Below are positions 55,826-64,000 of a stretch of DNA of 64,000 bases, piece after piece (position 1 is the stretch's first letter; each line of letters opens with the position of its first letter). The DNA comes from a virus, in IMG/VR virus record IMGVR_UViG_3300031707_000005, positions 1-64,000 of that record; one strand, written 5' to 3'. The notes under the pieces were generated by a model. It did not search any database, was not told where the DNA came from, and saw nothing but the letters and a program-made list of their open reading frames with translations. The position numbers and the translations under genes were made by a program.

Positions 55826-58800
55826 TCAACTACAACCTGTCGTAGTTCCACATGAGGAACAAAGATAACAAGAACCATTACGTTGAGTTATGTTACCACA
55901 ACGAGCACATGGAGGACCGCCAAGGTTCTTACGCGGCGTCTTTATCGTAGCATCAGTAGAATGTAACGGAGGCGGCGGTATTGAAGGCGGCGATGAATGG
56001 TATTGATCCGATACTTCATCCTTCGCAATGCTTTCATTAACGTCGTTGTCCGACTCATCAGAACGATTAGAAAGACCGGAGTGTTCCCCATTATAATAAT
56101 GAACATCAAGAACTTTGAACATATAATCATATAAACTCTTAGCAAACCGAACTTTCTTGTTCGTTGTCATCCCAGCGGGTTCAAATCGGGTATCGATGAA
56201 ACTTGAAATAAGTTTCGGTAAAGGAATCCCGTATTGAATGGCAATAGAACAGAGCTGGGTGAAACCATCTATCAGACCAGATACAGTGCTACCGGGTTTC
56301 CCGAGTTTAAGAAAGATTTCACCCGGACGACCGTCAGGATACTCACTAACAATAAGATATCCCTTATATCCGTCAATTTCAAACTTATGCCGCCAACTCT
56401 TAACATCATTCGGCATTTTCTCACGACGAACAACAGGAACTTGAATTTCACGAACAACTTCTCTGATGTTCATGTCAACGGCTTTTAAGGCCGCTTGCAG
56501 TGAATCCTTGGAGTCCTTCGTCGTGAGAGGCTGAGACGCCTTACACTTATCACGATATAGAGCTATACACTTCAAACCGAGACGCCACGATTCTTCATAA
56601 ATCTTAGCAATCTCGTCAGAGGTAACGCTCTCAGGAAGATTAACAGTCTTGCTCATCGCACATGTAATAAGTGGCTGGATGGCAGCCATCATTTTGACAT
56701 GCGCCATAGGCGATAGATACCGCGCCGATGGACCGGCAGGCATCGCAGTGTCGAAAACATGAATATGCTCGTCCTTTAGACCGGGAGCTCCTTCTATCGT
56801 GTCATTAGATTCGACATGATTGCAAATCTCTGCAACTTCATCTGTCGAATATCCGAGATTCACCAGGGCCTCGCGAACACCGAAGTTGATGAGCTTCATT
56901 ACGCCGCCACCGACGAGCGACTTATAACTCACAAGTGAAAACGCCGGTTCGATACCAGTAGTGTTCATTCCCATCAGGAACGATATAGTTCCGAGTGGGG
57001 CCTGCAGTGTGGCTTGAGAGATATTATAGCCGTACTTTTCACCAAGAGAGATGGCTTCTTTCCAGACTTCAGCGGACAATGAAACCACGTCATCATTGAC
57101 CGGATCCTTCGGAAGGTGCCAACGCTCGATGATTTTTGCATCAGCTTCCTGATGCATTCGCATCACGCGAAGCATATCTTCACGGTTCTTCTCGAATTCA
57201 GAGAATGCGCCGACACGAGCAGCAAGCTTTGCTGATGTTAGATAAACAATTCCGGTCATGAGAGATGCCATGCGAGCGGCAACAGCACGACCCTCATCGG
57301 AATCATATCCATAACCGAGATTCATGACGAGCGCACCAAGATCACCATAGTTAGTGCCAATGGGACGAAGCTTTATTGAATTAGACCCGATTTCGTCAGT
57401 CGGATATGCAGCCTTCGCAACAATAGCCATCTGAGCGGTACTAAAGATTCTCGTGGCTTGAGTAAATCTCTCAGGAACAAATTTGCGGCCATCGAAAAAC
57501 TTCGTCAGGTTAATCGCACAGAGATTACAGGCTGTGTTGTCAACATGAAGGAATTCACTACAATTATGAGCAACAATCCCGTTTGCGATGAGCGAACTAG
57601 TTTCAGGCTCGGTAATGTCGTAAACGGGAACAATCTCACCATTGTTAATCACACGGACAACATCATCTGTCCATTTATCGCGGCCGTTATGATTAATTGA
57701 ATCAGGAATATCGGAGAATCGAGCTTGTTTCCTATCAGAAAGCAATCCGATTGATTTCATAAGATTTCTGAAAGTTTTAAGACTCTGGCCAGTGATAACA
57801 AGATCATTTGTCTTCTCTTTCGAGAAATACGTTCGAGTTTCGCCCGACACTGTCGTATATGAAAACGTCGGTTTATCGTTAGGACGACGATCTTTGTAAA
57901 GAGTGCTGTTAACACCAAGATTCAAAAGAAGATCCTGGACTCCGCGTAGAAGTTCAAGACTAGTAGAACTAAAACGAGCGTCAACATTCTTCTTCGGTTG
58001 AATATTGAAAGTCCCATCTGCAGAAAAAAGACCAGCAAGAAATGCAAGTTGTTCCTGAACTGTTGATCGAAAAACGGCATCCATGACTTTTTTAGTCGGA
58101 GCTTTAGACCCAGGTTCACAAGCCCAGACCAACATGGATTCCCAAATGGCTTTCCTGTGAATCCGAATATAATCCGGGCTTTCACCGACAGATCCATTTT
58201 GATATTTTTGAGAGAATGGGATGTCTTGATCACGGAAAAATGCAAGAATCTTATCCATTGCATCTTTGTCATCTTTACCAAAAACGAGCCCAACTTCGTG
58301 AGTATTTCTACAAGGAAGTGCTTTCAAGATCCATCCATCACCAACAATCCACCCAGCAATCTTGTGCCACATGAGATCAAGACCAGATGACTCCGTCGAG
58401 TATGCACCAACTCCGGCTTGCAAACAAAGAACACTATCTTCCGTCAGATCGGATGCCTCTACCCACCCATCAGTCGTCATAAGACGATGATCAGGGGTTA
58501 CCTTCAGTATTCTACCTCTTCTCGTATGAACTTCAACAACATTTTTCACACCAGTCGGAAAAACTGTGGCTGCTTTCAAAACAGGTCCATCTGGTGTTTG
58601 AACGAGAGTCAAAAATTTCGAAGAACAACCTGATGACTCGAATTCTGCACACAAATCTTCAATACGTACTAAGCCAAGCTCAGTGGCAATGCGAGTATCG
58701 GGATGGAAGCATGGATTTGAAGCACGAATCTTCCCATTCTTTGGGGTAGTGTGCCACTTGTTTATATTGTCGGAGAATTGAACGCCCGGGTCACCACAAC

Positions 58801-59842
58801 GCCACGCAGCATCGGCAACTTCTTTCCAAATTTCACGAGCTTTGTAGTTATGAACTACTTTTCCACTCTTACGCTCACGAGTTTGCCATGAACCGTCATC
58901 GAGCATGGTTTGCATAAACGCGTCAGGAACAGATACAGAGTGATTTGCGTTCTGATATGGAACTATTTTGTATGCACCATTCGGGTCGTCATACTCTGCA
59001 GAATAACCAATAGAAACAAGATCATGAGCAAGCTTCTCCGACCACGACTTGCAACGAATGAAACCGGGACGACCATCACGTGTTTCAAGAATGTCAGGAT
59101 GATCCATATCCATAACAACCATCTTCGCTGCGTTTCTCGTAGCACCACCCGATTTCATCGCACCAGCGTATGAATTATTCCCCTGCATCCAAGACATCGG
59201 ACCAGAAGTATACGAACCAGCAGAAATCTTTTCATAAGAAGAACGGAGATTTGATAAATTAGCACCGGAGCCGGATCCACCACGGAAAATGGTAAGCTCT
59301 GACGTCTGAAAACGCATAATGTCATCAAGAGAATCTTCAACACCAGAAATGAAACAAGCCGAAGCTGCTTGTTTACGACCTTCAACACCAAGGTTAAACC
59401 AAACCGGAGAATTAAATGCTCCGTATTGATGCAAAAGAGCATGAATAAGCTCTTCTTCAAATACTTGAGCATCAATTTCAGTATTGAAAAAGTTCTGTTC
59501 TTCCGCCCAATTTCGAATGGCACAACAAACACGAGTAAACATTTGCTTTACTGATGTTTCACGAACACCATTAACAACACGAAGATATTTATCTGCTACA
59601 ACATTTACGTTATTTTGAGTCCACCAAGCAGGAACCTCAATATTCTTTTGTTCGAAAACAATCTCACCTTTACCATTACGAATACAGGCATCAGCAGTCT
59701 TCCATTCAACTTGGTCAAACGGATGAGATCCTTCTGAGGTAAATACACGAGGCCAATGACCCGCATCGCGTGATATCAAGTCCTTAGTGGAGTGAGCCCT
59801 AAGGTTTACTACTGGTGCGGATATAGCCTCAGTGTTTGACAT
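55826..59842 (-). CDS. nrdJ: Class II (B12-dependent) ribonucleotide reductase with intein, C-terminal TSCPD-like domain and zinc ribbon
   Basis: FNSPVWFN, SACFI, SGGATRNAAKM, GDPGVQF, SNP|C..CSE, ACNL, APLGTISFLM..TGIEP, SKTVN, YRD; terminal CARCG..CYLCSSCGTTTGCS. Confidence 0.92.
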   Translation of the reverse strand: MSNTEAISAPVVNLRAHSTKDLISRDAGHWPRVFTSEGSHPFDQVEWKTADACIRNGKGEIVFEQKNIEVPAWWTQNNVNVVADKYLRVVNGVRETSVKQMFTRVCCAIRNWAEEQNFFNTEIDAQVFEEELIHALLHQYGAFNSPVWFNLGVEGRKQAASACFISGVEDSLDDIMRFQTSELTIFRGGSGSGANLSNLRSSYEKISAGSYTSGPMSWMQGNNSYAGAMKSGGATRNAAKMVVMDMDHPDILETRDGRPGFIRCKSWSEKLAHDLVSIGYSAEYDDPNGAYKIVPYQNANHSVSVPDAFMQTMLDDGSWQTRERKSGKVVHNYKAREIWKEVADAAWRCGDPGVQFSDNINKWHTTPKNGKIRASNPCFHPDTRIATELGLVRIEDLCAEFESSGCSSKFLTLVQTPDGPVLKAATVFPTGVKNVVEVHTRRGRILKVTPDHRLMTTDGWVEASDLTEDSVLCLQAGVGAYSTESSGLDLMWHKIAGWIVGDGWILKALPCRNTHEVGLVFGKDDKDAMDKILAFFRDQDIPFSQKYQNGSVGESPDYIRIHRKAIWESMLVWACEPGSKAPTKKVMDAVFRSTVQEQLAFLAGLFSADGTFNIQPKKNVDARFSSTSLELLRGVQDLLLNLGVNSTLYKDRRPNDKPTFSYTTVSGETRTYFSKEKTNDLVITGQSLKTFRNLMKSIGLLSDRKQARFSDIPDSINHNGRDKWTDDVVRVINNGEIVPVYDITEPETSSLIANGIVAHNCSEFLHVDNTACNLCAINLTKFFDGRKFVPERFTQATRIFSTAQMAIVAKAAYPTDEIGSNSIKLRPIGTNYGDLGALVMNLGYGYDSDEGRAVAARMASLMTGIVYLTSAKLAARVGAFSEFEKNREDMLRVMRMHQEADAKIIERWHLPKDPVNDDVVSLSAEVWKEAISLGEKYGYNISQATLQAPLGTISFLMGMNTTGIEPAFSLVSYKSLVGGGVMKLINFGVREALVNLGYSTDEVAEICNHVESNDTIEGAPGLKDEHIHVFDTAMPAGPSARYLSPMAHVKMMAAIQPLITCAMSKTVNLPESVTSDEIAKIYEESWRLGLKCIALYRDKCKASQPLTTKDSKDSLQAALKAVDMNIREVVREIQVPVVRREKMPNDVKSWRHKFEIDGYKGYLIVSEYPDGRPGEIFLKLGKPGSTVSGLIDGFTQLCSIAIQYGIPLPKLISSFIDTRFEPAGMTTNKKVRFAKSLYDYMFKVLDVHYYNGEHSGLSNRSDESDNDVNESIAKDEVSDQYHSSPPSIPPPPLHSTDATIKTPRKNLGGPPCARCGNITQRNGSCYLCSSCGTTTGCS
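57563..58711 (-). mobile_element. Intein (383 aa) with LAGLIDADG endonuclease at the RNR active site
   Basis: Starts CFHPDTRIAT; block B VTPDHRL; IAGWIVGDG and FLAGLFSADG; ends VYDITEPETSSLIANGIVAHN|C. Confidence 0.93.
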
Positions 59843-60758
59843 TCTTCACCTCCTCAGACATTCGAATAATTTCAGACTCTAAACCAAAACGAGCCGATTC
59901 ATCACCGCGCTTATGCGCGACATCTAAATCGCAAAGAGTATGGAAACTAACCATTAAAGACTTCCTAGACCACAGACCACATCTTGTAGATATAAACTTT
60001 TTGAAAACGAACGGATGAACACCGAGAAGTTCAGCTGCGCGATCATCTGAAAGTTTACGTTCAAGTGCTTCTTCAAGTTTAAGTTGTTGCAATACGTGAC
60101 GTTGCATGTACGCAATAATCCATCCAGTTTCTTCAGCTCGATCTTGTAACTTGTCATAGTAAGCAAGGGCCCTGACTGTATGTCCATCACATACAGCATC
60201 TATAACTTCACGCGGACTGATCTCCGCAGAGAAAATTATGAGAGAACGGGCTTCTTCTGGAGAAACAACGGTACCTGGAGAGGTTGCTGCGGCAAGTTTT
60301 TCAATTTCTGAATGAAGCTTACGCAGACACGTTCCTGAGTTCACAAAAAGAGCACCCGCAATCCTGCTTAGATCTATGTTAAAAGACTGGCCCTCTTTTA
60401 GAATCCACTTAGTTACTTCGTTATTGTTACTGAATGACTTTAACTTCGGAAAAACAAGAGAACGCTTCGCTCTTTTATCTTGAAGTACACGCTTTCCTGA
60501 AGGAGAAACACATATAAGTGTATCTATACCGGACTCAGGAAGATTTGGTATTTCTTTTACGTCCCAAAGGATAAAAACACGTGATATACCGGACATCAGC
60601 GGTACTTGTGAATCGTATGAATACGATTCAAGTCCTTCAGGAAGAGTATATTCAATAACTTCAGAAGCTAGTGATGAAGCTGCTTCTTGTCTTGCTGCTC
60701 TCTCCATCAAGAAGTCTTCTTCGCCACTGATAAGAATGAGAGAGGACATGAGTATCAA
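59829..60758 (-). CDS. holA: DNA polymerase III delta subunit
   Basis: LILISGEEDFLME, KWI, LHSEIEKL, LGVHPFVFKK, LCDLDVAHKRG. Confidence 0.8.
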   Translation of the reverse strand: MILMSSLILISGEEDFLMERAARQEAASSLASEVIEYTLPEGLESYSYDSQVPLMSGISRVFILWDVKEIPNLPESGIDTLICVSPSGKRVLQDKRAKRSLVFPKLKSFSNNNEVTKWILKEGQSFNIDLSRIAGALFVNSGTCLRKLHSEIEKLAAATSPGTVVSPEEARSLIIFSAEISPREVIDAVCDGHTVRALAYYDKLQDRAEETGWIIAYMQRHVLQQLKLEEALERKLSDDRAAELLGVHPFVFKKFISTRCGLWSRKSLMVSFHTLCDLDVAHKRGDESARFGLESEIIRMSEEVKNVKH

Positions 60759-60759
60759 A

Positions 60760-61563
60760 TTACATTAAGAGGTCGGAAACCATTCTCATCCAATGAACAT
60801 CAGTATTGGCAGAAGTAGAATTAGATAAAACACTACAAAATTTAAGAATTGGAATCGATATAGACTTATTGAAAAAATATGGTTTACAAGCACAGCGAAT
60901 CGTATGAATAACAGCATCACGAGTAAGACTATATCCATTTTCAAGATCGGATATTACTTTCGGTGGCTTTGAAAAAATAGACAGATCACGCTTTGCTGCA
61001 GAAATTATAGAGTTGTGAAGTTCTTCAAAACCACCGGTTTCCACAATTAGTTTATATAACTCCGGAAGACCACATGCCATCACAAGAATGTCGTTAGACA
61101 CAGGAACGACGAGAGATGAAGCATATTCTCGCATTTCGTCCATAGAAAGTGGTGTAAATCTGATTTCTGCACGGATTCTAGAAGACAGAGCTGGTTGTAA
61201 AAGGCCGACATCGTACGCAATAAGTACGATGACTACAGAATCAGGAGGAGACTCAGACAACTTCAAGAGAGCATCCTGCGCTGGTTCAGAAAGACGATCA
61301 GCATCGTCTACGAGAATAACTTTTACTAGACCACCAACCGGCTCAGTACGGGCAAATTCAACAACTTCTCGAGCTCCGTCGATACCGGATCCCATTTCCA
61401 TGAAATCCGATTCATGGAAATCTCTTGAGAGAAGTACTTTAATAGAAGTACTTTGACACAAAAAACGAGAACCAGTAATAGCAATGACCGACGGATTATT
61501 CGGGTTTTTCCTCAACAGAAAACTCTGGAGGCAGGATAGCTGGTTGTTGTTCCCCCGGTTCAT
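60760..61563 (-). CDS. DNA polymerase III delta-prime-like AAA+ subunit
   Basis: GIDGAREV, KVILVDDADRLSEPAQDALLKLSESPP, LLQPALSSR; Walker A degenerate (GSRFLCQS). Confidence 0.78.
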   Translation of the reverse strand: MNRGNNNQLSCLQSFLLRKNPNNPSVIAITGSRFLCQSTSIKVLLSRDFHESDFMEMGSGIDGAREVVEFARTEPVGGLVKVILVDDADRLSEPAQDALLKLSESPPDSVVIVLIAYDVGLLQPALSSRIRAEIRFTPLSMDEMREYASSLVVPVSNDILVMACGLPELYKLIVETGGFEELHNSIISAAKRDLSIFSKPPKVISDLENGYSLTRDAVIHTIRCACKPYFFNKSISIPILKFCSVLSNSTSANTDVHWMRMVSDLLM

Positions 61564-61699
61564 TTTGAAGTAAAGGTCCCGACACCTTTATAATGGCAAC
61601 ACTAACTGAAAATATACATCTACAAGTTGCACACAGAAAATAATTAAATCGACCTGTAGCTTGTAAACTTGAACCGTCGTCAGGGCAGTAGAAAATCAT
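61496..61699 (-). CDS. Small zinc-ribbon protein
   Basis: YCPDDG..FLCATC. Confidence 0.45.
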   Translation of the reverse strand: MIFYCPDDGSSLQATGRFNYFLCATCRCIFSVSVAIIKVSGPLLQNEPGEQQPAILPPEFSVEEKPE

Positions 61700-61890
61700 A
61701 TATTCAAACTACCACCAACCGGAACTGTCCAAACGTGCTGACATAATTTACAACGAAGCTGTACATATGAAGACCCATCAGGAGTGAGTTTCTCAGCTTG
61801 CATCCCTTGGCAGGCTTGCCCGCGAGTCGCAGCGTCATTTCCACGACGACACTTCATGTGGACCACAGGGTTTTCAGTTTTTTCAGTCAT
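61696..61890 (-). CDS. Small zinc-binding protein
   Basis: C..C..LRCKLCQHVW; SD GGAG. Confidence 0.55.
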   Translation of the reverse strand: MTEKTENPVVHMKCRRGNDAATRGQACQGMQAEKLTPDGSSYVQLRCKLCQHVWTVPVGGSLNI

Positions 61891-61892
61891 AT

Positions 61893-62255
61893 CTATCTCC
61901 CGGAAAACTCTACCCGGAGATAAGCAGCAATGCGTTTTTTCAGGTCTTGTATAGGTTCAGATGAAAAAGCAGAGATCCGTCCGGGGCCATGTTTATTTTG
62001 AGAAAAAGCAATAGCGATTCGTCTACATATGATGAAGTCTTCTTCACGAAGAACGAATCGTTTCTCGAAGTATAATGGGAGAAATACATGAATATTTTCA
62101 GCGCCGTTCGGACCTGAAGCAACGGCGTAAGAAATTGAATACTGGCCGGAAATGAGTCCGACAACTACATCAGGGTAGTCTCTGATGATCGCATCCATCG
62201 GAATTGGTCGATCAAGATGACCTTTTACAACCCTATTTGCACGAGTTCCGTCCAC
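61893..62255 (-). CDS. Hypothetical protein
   Basis: 120 aa ORF within the operon. Confidence 0.55.
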   Translation of the reverse strand: MDGTRANRVVKGHLDRPIPMDAIIRDYPDVVVGLISGQYSISYAVASGPNGAENIHVFLPLYFEKRFVLREEDFIICRRIAIAFSQNKHGPGRISAFSSEPIQDLKKRIAAYLRVEFSGR

Positions 62256-62256
62256 A

Positions 62257-63711
62257 TCACCATCCGTGATTGACAGAAGCTATCCTCGCAGCAATTCCGA
62301 GAATGGATGCCTGTCGAGAGCTAGCAGTTTCTTGCTTACGCTTCTCTCTAAGACTCTTCGTTGTCTTAGCTGAACCTTCAGGGTTCTCACTTGATGGGAT
62401 AGTATCAACGTCAATCCCCTGTCCCTTGAGTTTTTTAACAAGAGACTCGTAGGTCTTCTTATCCTTATCAGAGATCGTCCCTTGTTCAGTTTCCCATTTA
62501 AGGCGAGAAATTTTTCGCTCATCAATACCGCGTTGATAGGACTCTTTCTCGGATTCTTTCTTCATTTCAAGGGCTTCAACATCACCCTCAGTTGTATCAC
62601 TAAAGAAAGTGTCGTAAAGAACCTGTTGTTGTGCGGGAGATAGAACGTTCTCAACGAAATCTGTTATCTTAGTGAGAAGCTTTTTTCTCGTATCTCCAAC
62701 AAATCCGGACCAACGCTTTTCATTCTTCTCAACAATGGCTTTTCCAGCCTCGGATTCAGAAAGCTTTTCTTTAAGCTTCGAGGCTTGTTTCATATTCTCT
62801 TTAATATCAGAACCGAAGCCACCTTCGTCTTCATAAAAGATGAGATCAAAAAGAGCAACTTCTTCCGGAGAAAAAGTCTCACGAAGATTCGGAACTTCGT
62901 CTTCGAGCAAATCCATGAATTCTTTAATAGCAGCTTGATCATCAAGCGCACGGCCTAAAGAACTCTCCGGATTGGTCGGCATTCTGCCTTCACCACCAGA
63001 AGGATCCCCACCTTCTTCACCTCTAGTCCCGAACGCTTCATCAATACTCTTAGTCTTTTGACTTTTCCAACCAGCCTTCGGGATAGGCTTAATGGTCGAA
63101 ATATCGGTACCATCATACTCGAGGGTTTCCTCGAGTTGTTTCATTCGCTTGTCGTCATCAGGGCCCCATTTTTTAATATGGGTCTTACCTTCGTCTGTAT
63201 CAAGAAGACGAGATTTTTGTTTCCCATCACCAACAAGATTCTGATTCTGTTTTCTGAAAAGAAGTTCGCCGTACTCTTCAGCCGGGTCTTTCTTTGATCT
63301 AAAACGAGACATCGACTGAGACATGGCAGTCGTTTTAACGTTATTTAATATATTATTGAGAGCCTGTTTCCATGTTTTGGCTCCCGGGGAGCCTTTTTTC
63401 GTAGGACCACGGAAGTCAAATTCCGGTCTGTCCTTCCGACCAACGATCTTAATCATGAAGTTTTGAACGGCGTCTAAAGCCTCTGCATAGTCTCCCTGCA
63501 GTTCCTTTTTGGCCTTACTGACCATCATATTACCGATCTGAGTGCCGTTCAGGTCTATTTCCCCGGCTTGATCAGGGTACTGACGTTTCAGAATTTCAAG
63601 GATATGCCGTCCTAGAGATGTCTCTATGTCTGCAGCAAGACGCAGCATAGCATAAATCAAACGGACTGACGCAGATATATGGGTATTGGCGACTTTAGTG
63701 GTCATCGCCAT
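62257..63711 (-). CDS. Hypothetical protein, possibly sigma-factor-like, with [KR]xA motifs at both ends
   Basis: EALDAVQNFM..FDF..KQALNNILNNVKTTAM resembles ECF region 2; later SIDE and SPEEVALFDL. Confidence 0.45.
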   Translation of the reverse strand: MAMTTKVANTHISASVRLIYAMLRLAADIETSLGRHILEILKRQYPDQAGEIDLNGTQIGNMMVSKAKKELQGDYAEALDAVQNFMIKIVGRKDRPEFDFRGPTKKGSPGAKTWKQALNNILNNVKTTAMSQSMSRFRSKKDPAEEYGELLFRKQNQNLVGDGKQKSRLLDTDEGKTHIKKWGPDDDKRMKQLEETLEYDGTDISTIKPIPKAGWKSQKTKSIDEAFGTRGEEGGDPSGGEGRMPTNPESSLGRALDDQAAIKEFMDLLEDEVPNLRETFSPEEVALFDLIFYEDEGGFGSDIKENMKQASKLKEKLSESEAGKAIVEKNEKRWSGFVGDTRKKLLTKITDFVENVLSPAQQQVLYDTFFSDTTEGDVEALEMKKESEKESYQRGIDERKISRLKWETEQGTISDKDKKTYESLVKKLKGQGIDVDTIPSSENPEGSAKTTKSLREKRKQETASSRQASILGIAARIASVNHGW

Positions 63712-63733
63712 GAATAGGGCACAAAGGGCTTAT

Positions 63734-63967
63734 TCAGTTGGAATATACGTCGGAAGTAGAACTAAGGATGGACGCACGGTTAATGGCGGATAGAACACGG
63801 TCTTCCGACATACCATAACGTAAAGAAACCTCAGAAACGCTGAATCCAGACATACGTAAAAAGTCAAAGAAATATGCACGAGCAATGATAGCAGAACCAA
63901 GACATACTCGCGGAGATAACATGTCGGAGACAGAACAACCATATCTCTCCGATATTTTAGATGCCAT
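63734..63967 (-). CDS. DnaA domain-IV-like HTH protein (start may lie further upstream)
   Basis: ISERYGCSVSDMLSPR..ARAYF..GFSVSEVSLRYG..VLSAINR. Confidence 0.5.
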   Translation of the reverse strand: MASKISERYGCSVSDMLSPRVCLGSAIIARAYFFDFLRMSGFSVSEVSLRYGMSEDRVLSAINRASILSSTSDVYSN

Positions 63968-64000
63968 TGCCGTAATTATATCCGGACCGGCCCCACCGGC

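Noticed and set aside
1-64000. Stop-codon reassignment, often linked to phage release factors
   Set aside because: Long conserved genes are intact under code 11, and TAA, TAG and TGA all end genes at expected C-termini

Overview
64 kb of a large (jumbo-type) tailed dsDNA phage genome, mostly coded on the minus strand and read with the standard bacterial code. About 1-38 kb is a virion/morphogenesis region: collagen-like and Ig-like proteins, HK97-fold major capsid protein, decoration protein, scaffold, intein-containing prohead protease, portal, large terminase, and many acidic hypothetical proteins sharing [KR]-x-A motifs. About 38-64 kb is a replication/recombination/nucleotide region: sigma-4 HTH protein, 5'-3' exonuclease, NusG paralog, DnaX/HolA/HolB clamp loader plus beta clamp, primase, SbcD and a split SbcC, Cas4-like nuclease, RecD2, split NAD-dependent ligase, HPRT and an intein-containing class II RNR. 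A TPR + kelch lipoprotein pair suggests a Myxococcota host. The strongest finding is a domain-1-less, RF1-like peptide release factor (P-P-N specificity loop, GGQ) whose gene is interrupted by a canonical RF2-type +1 frameshift cassette (GGAGG-TTT-CTT-TGA-C) that the ORF track misses. Other notable items: a LigA split into two divergently transcribed genes, each with a candidate leaderless promoter; a candidate capsid-targeting/cleavage motif system with putative cargo (ART-like and sigma-like proteins); and two candidate promoter classes. All calls come from manual motif reading; no database searches were run.
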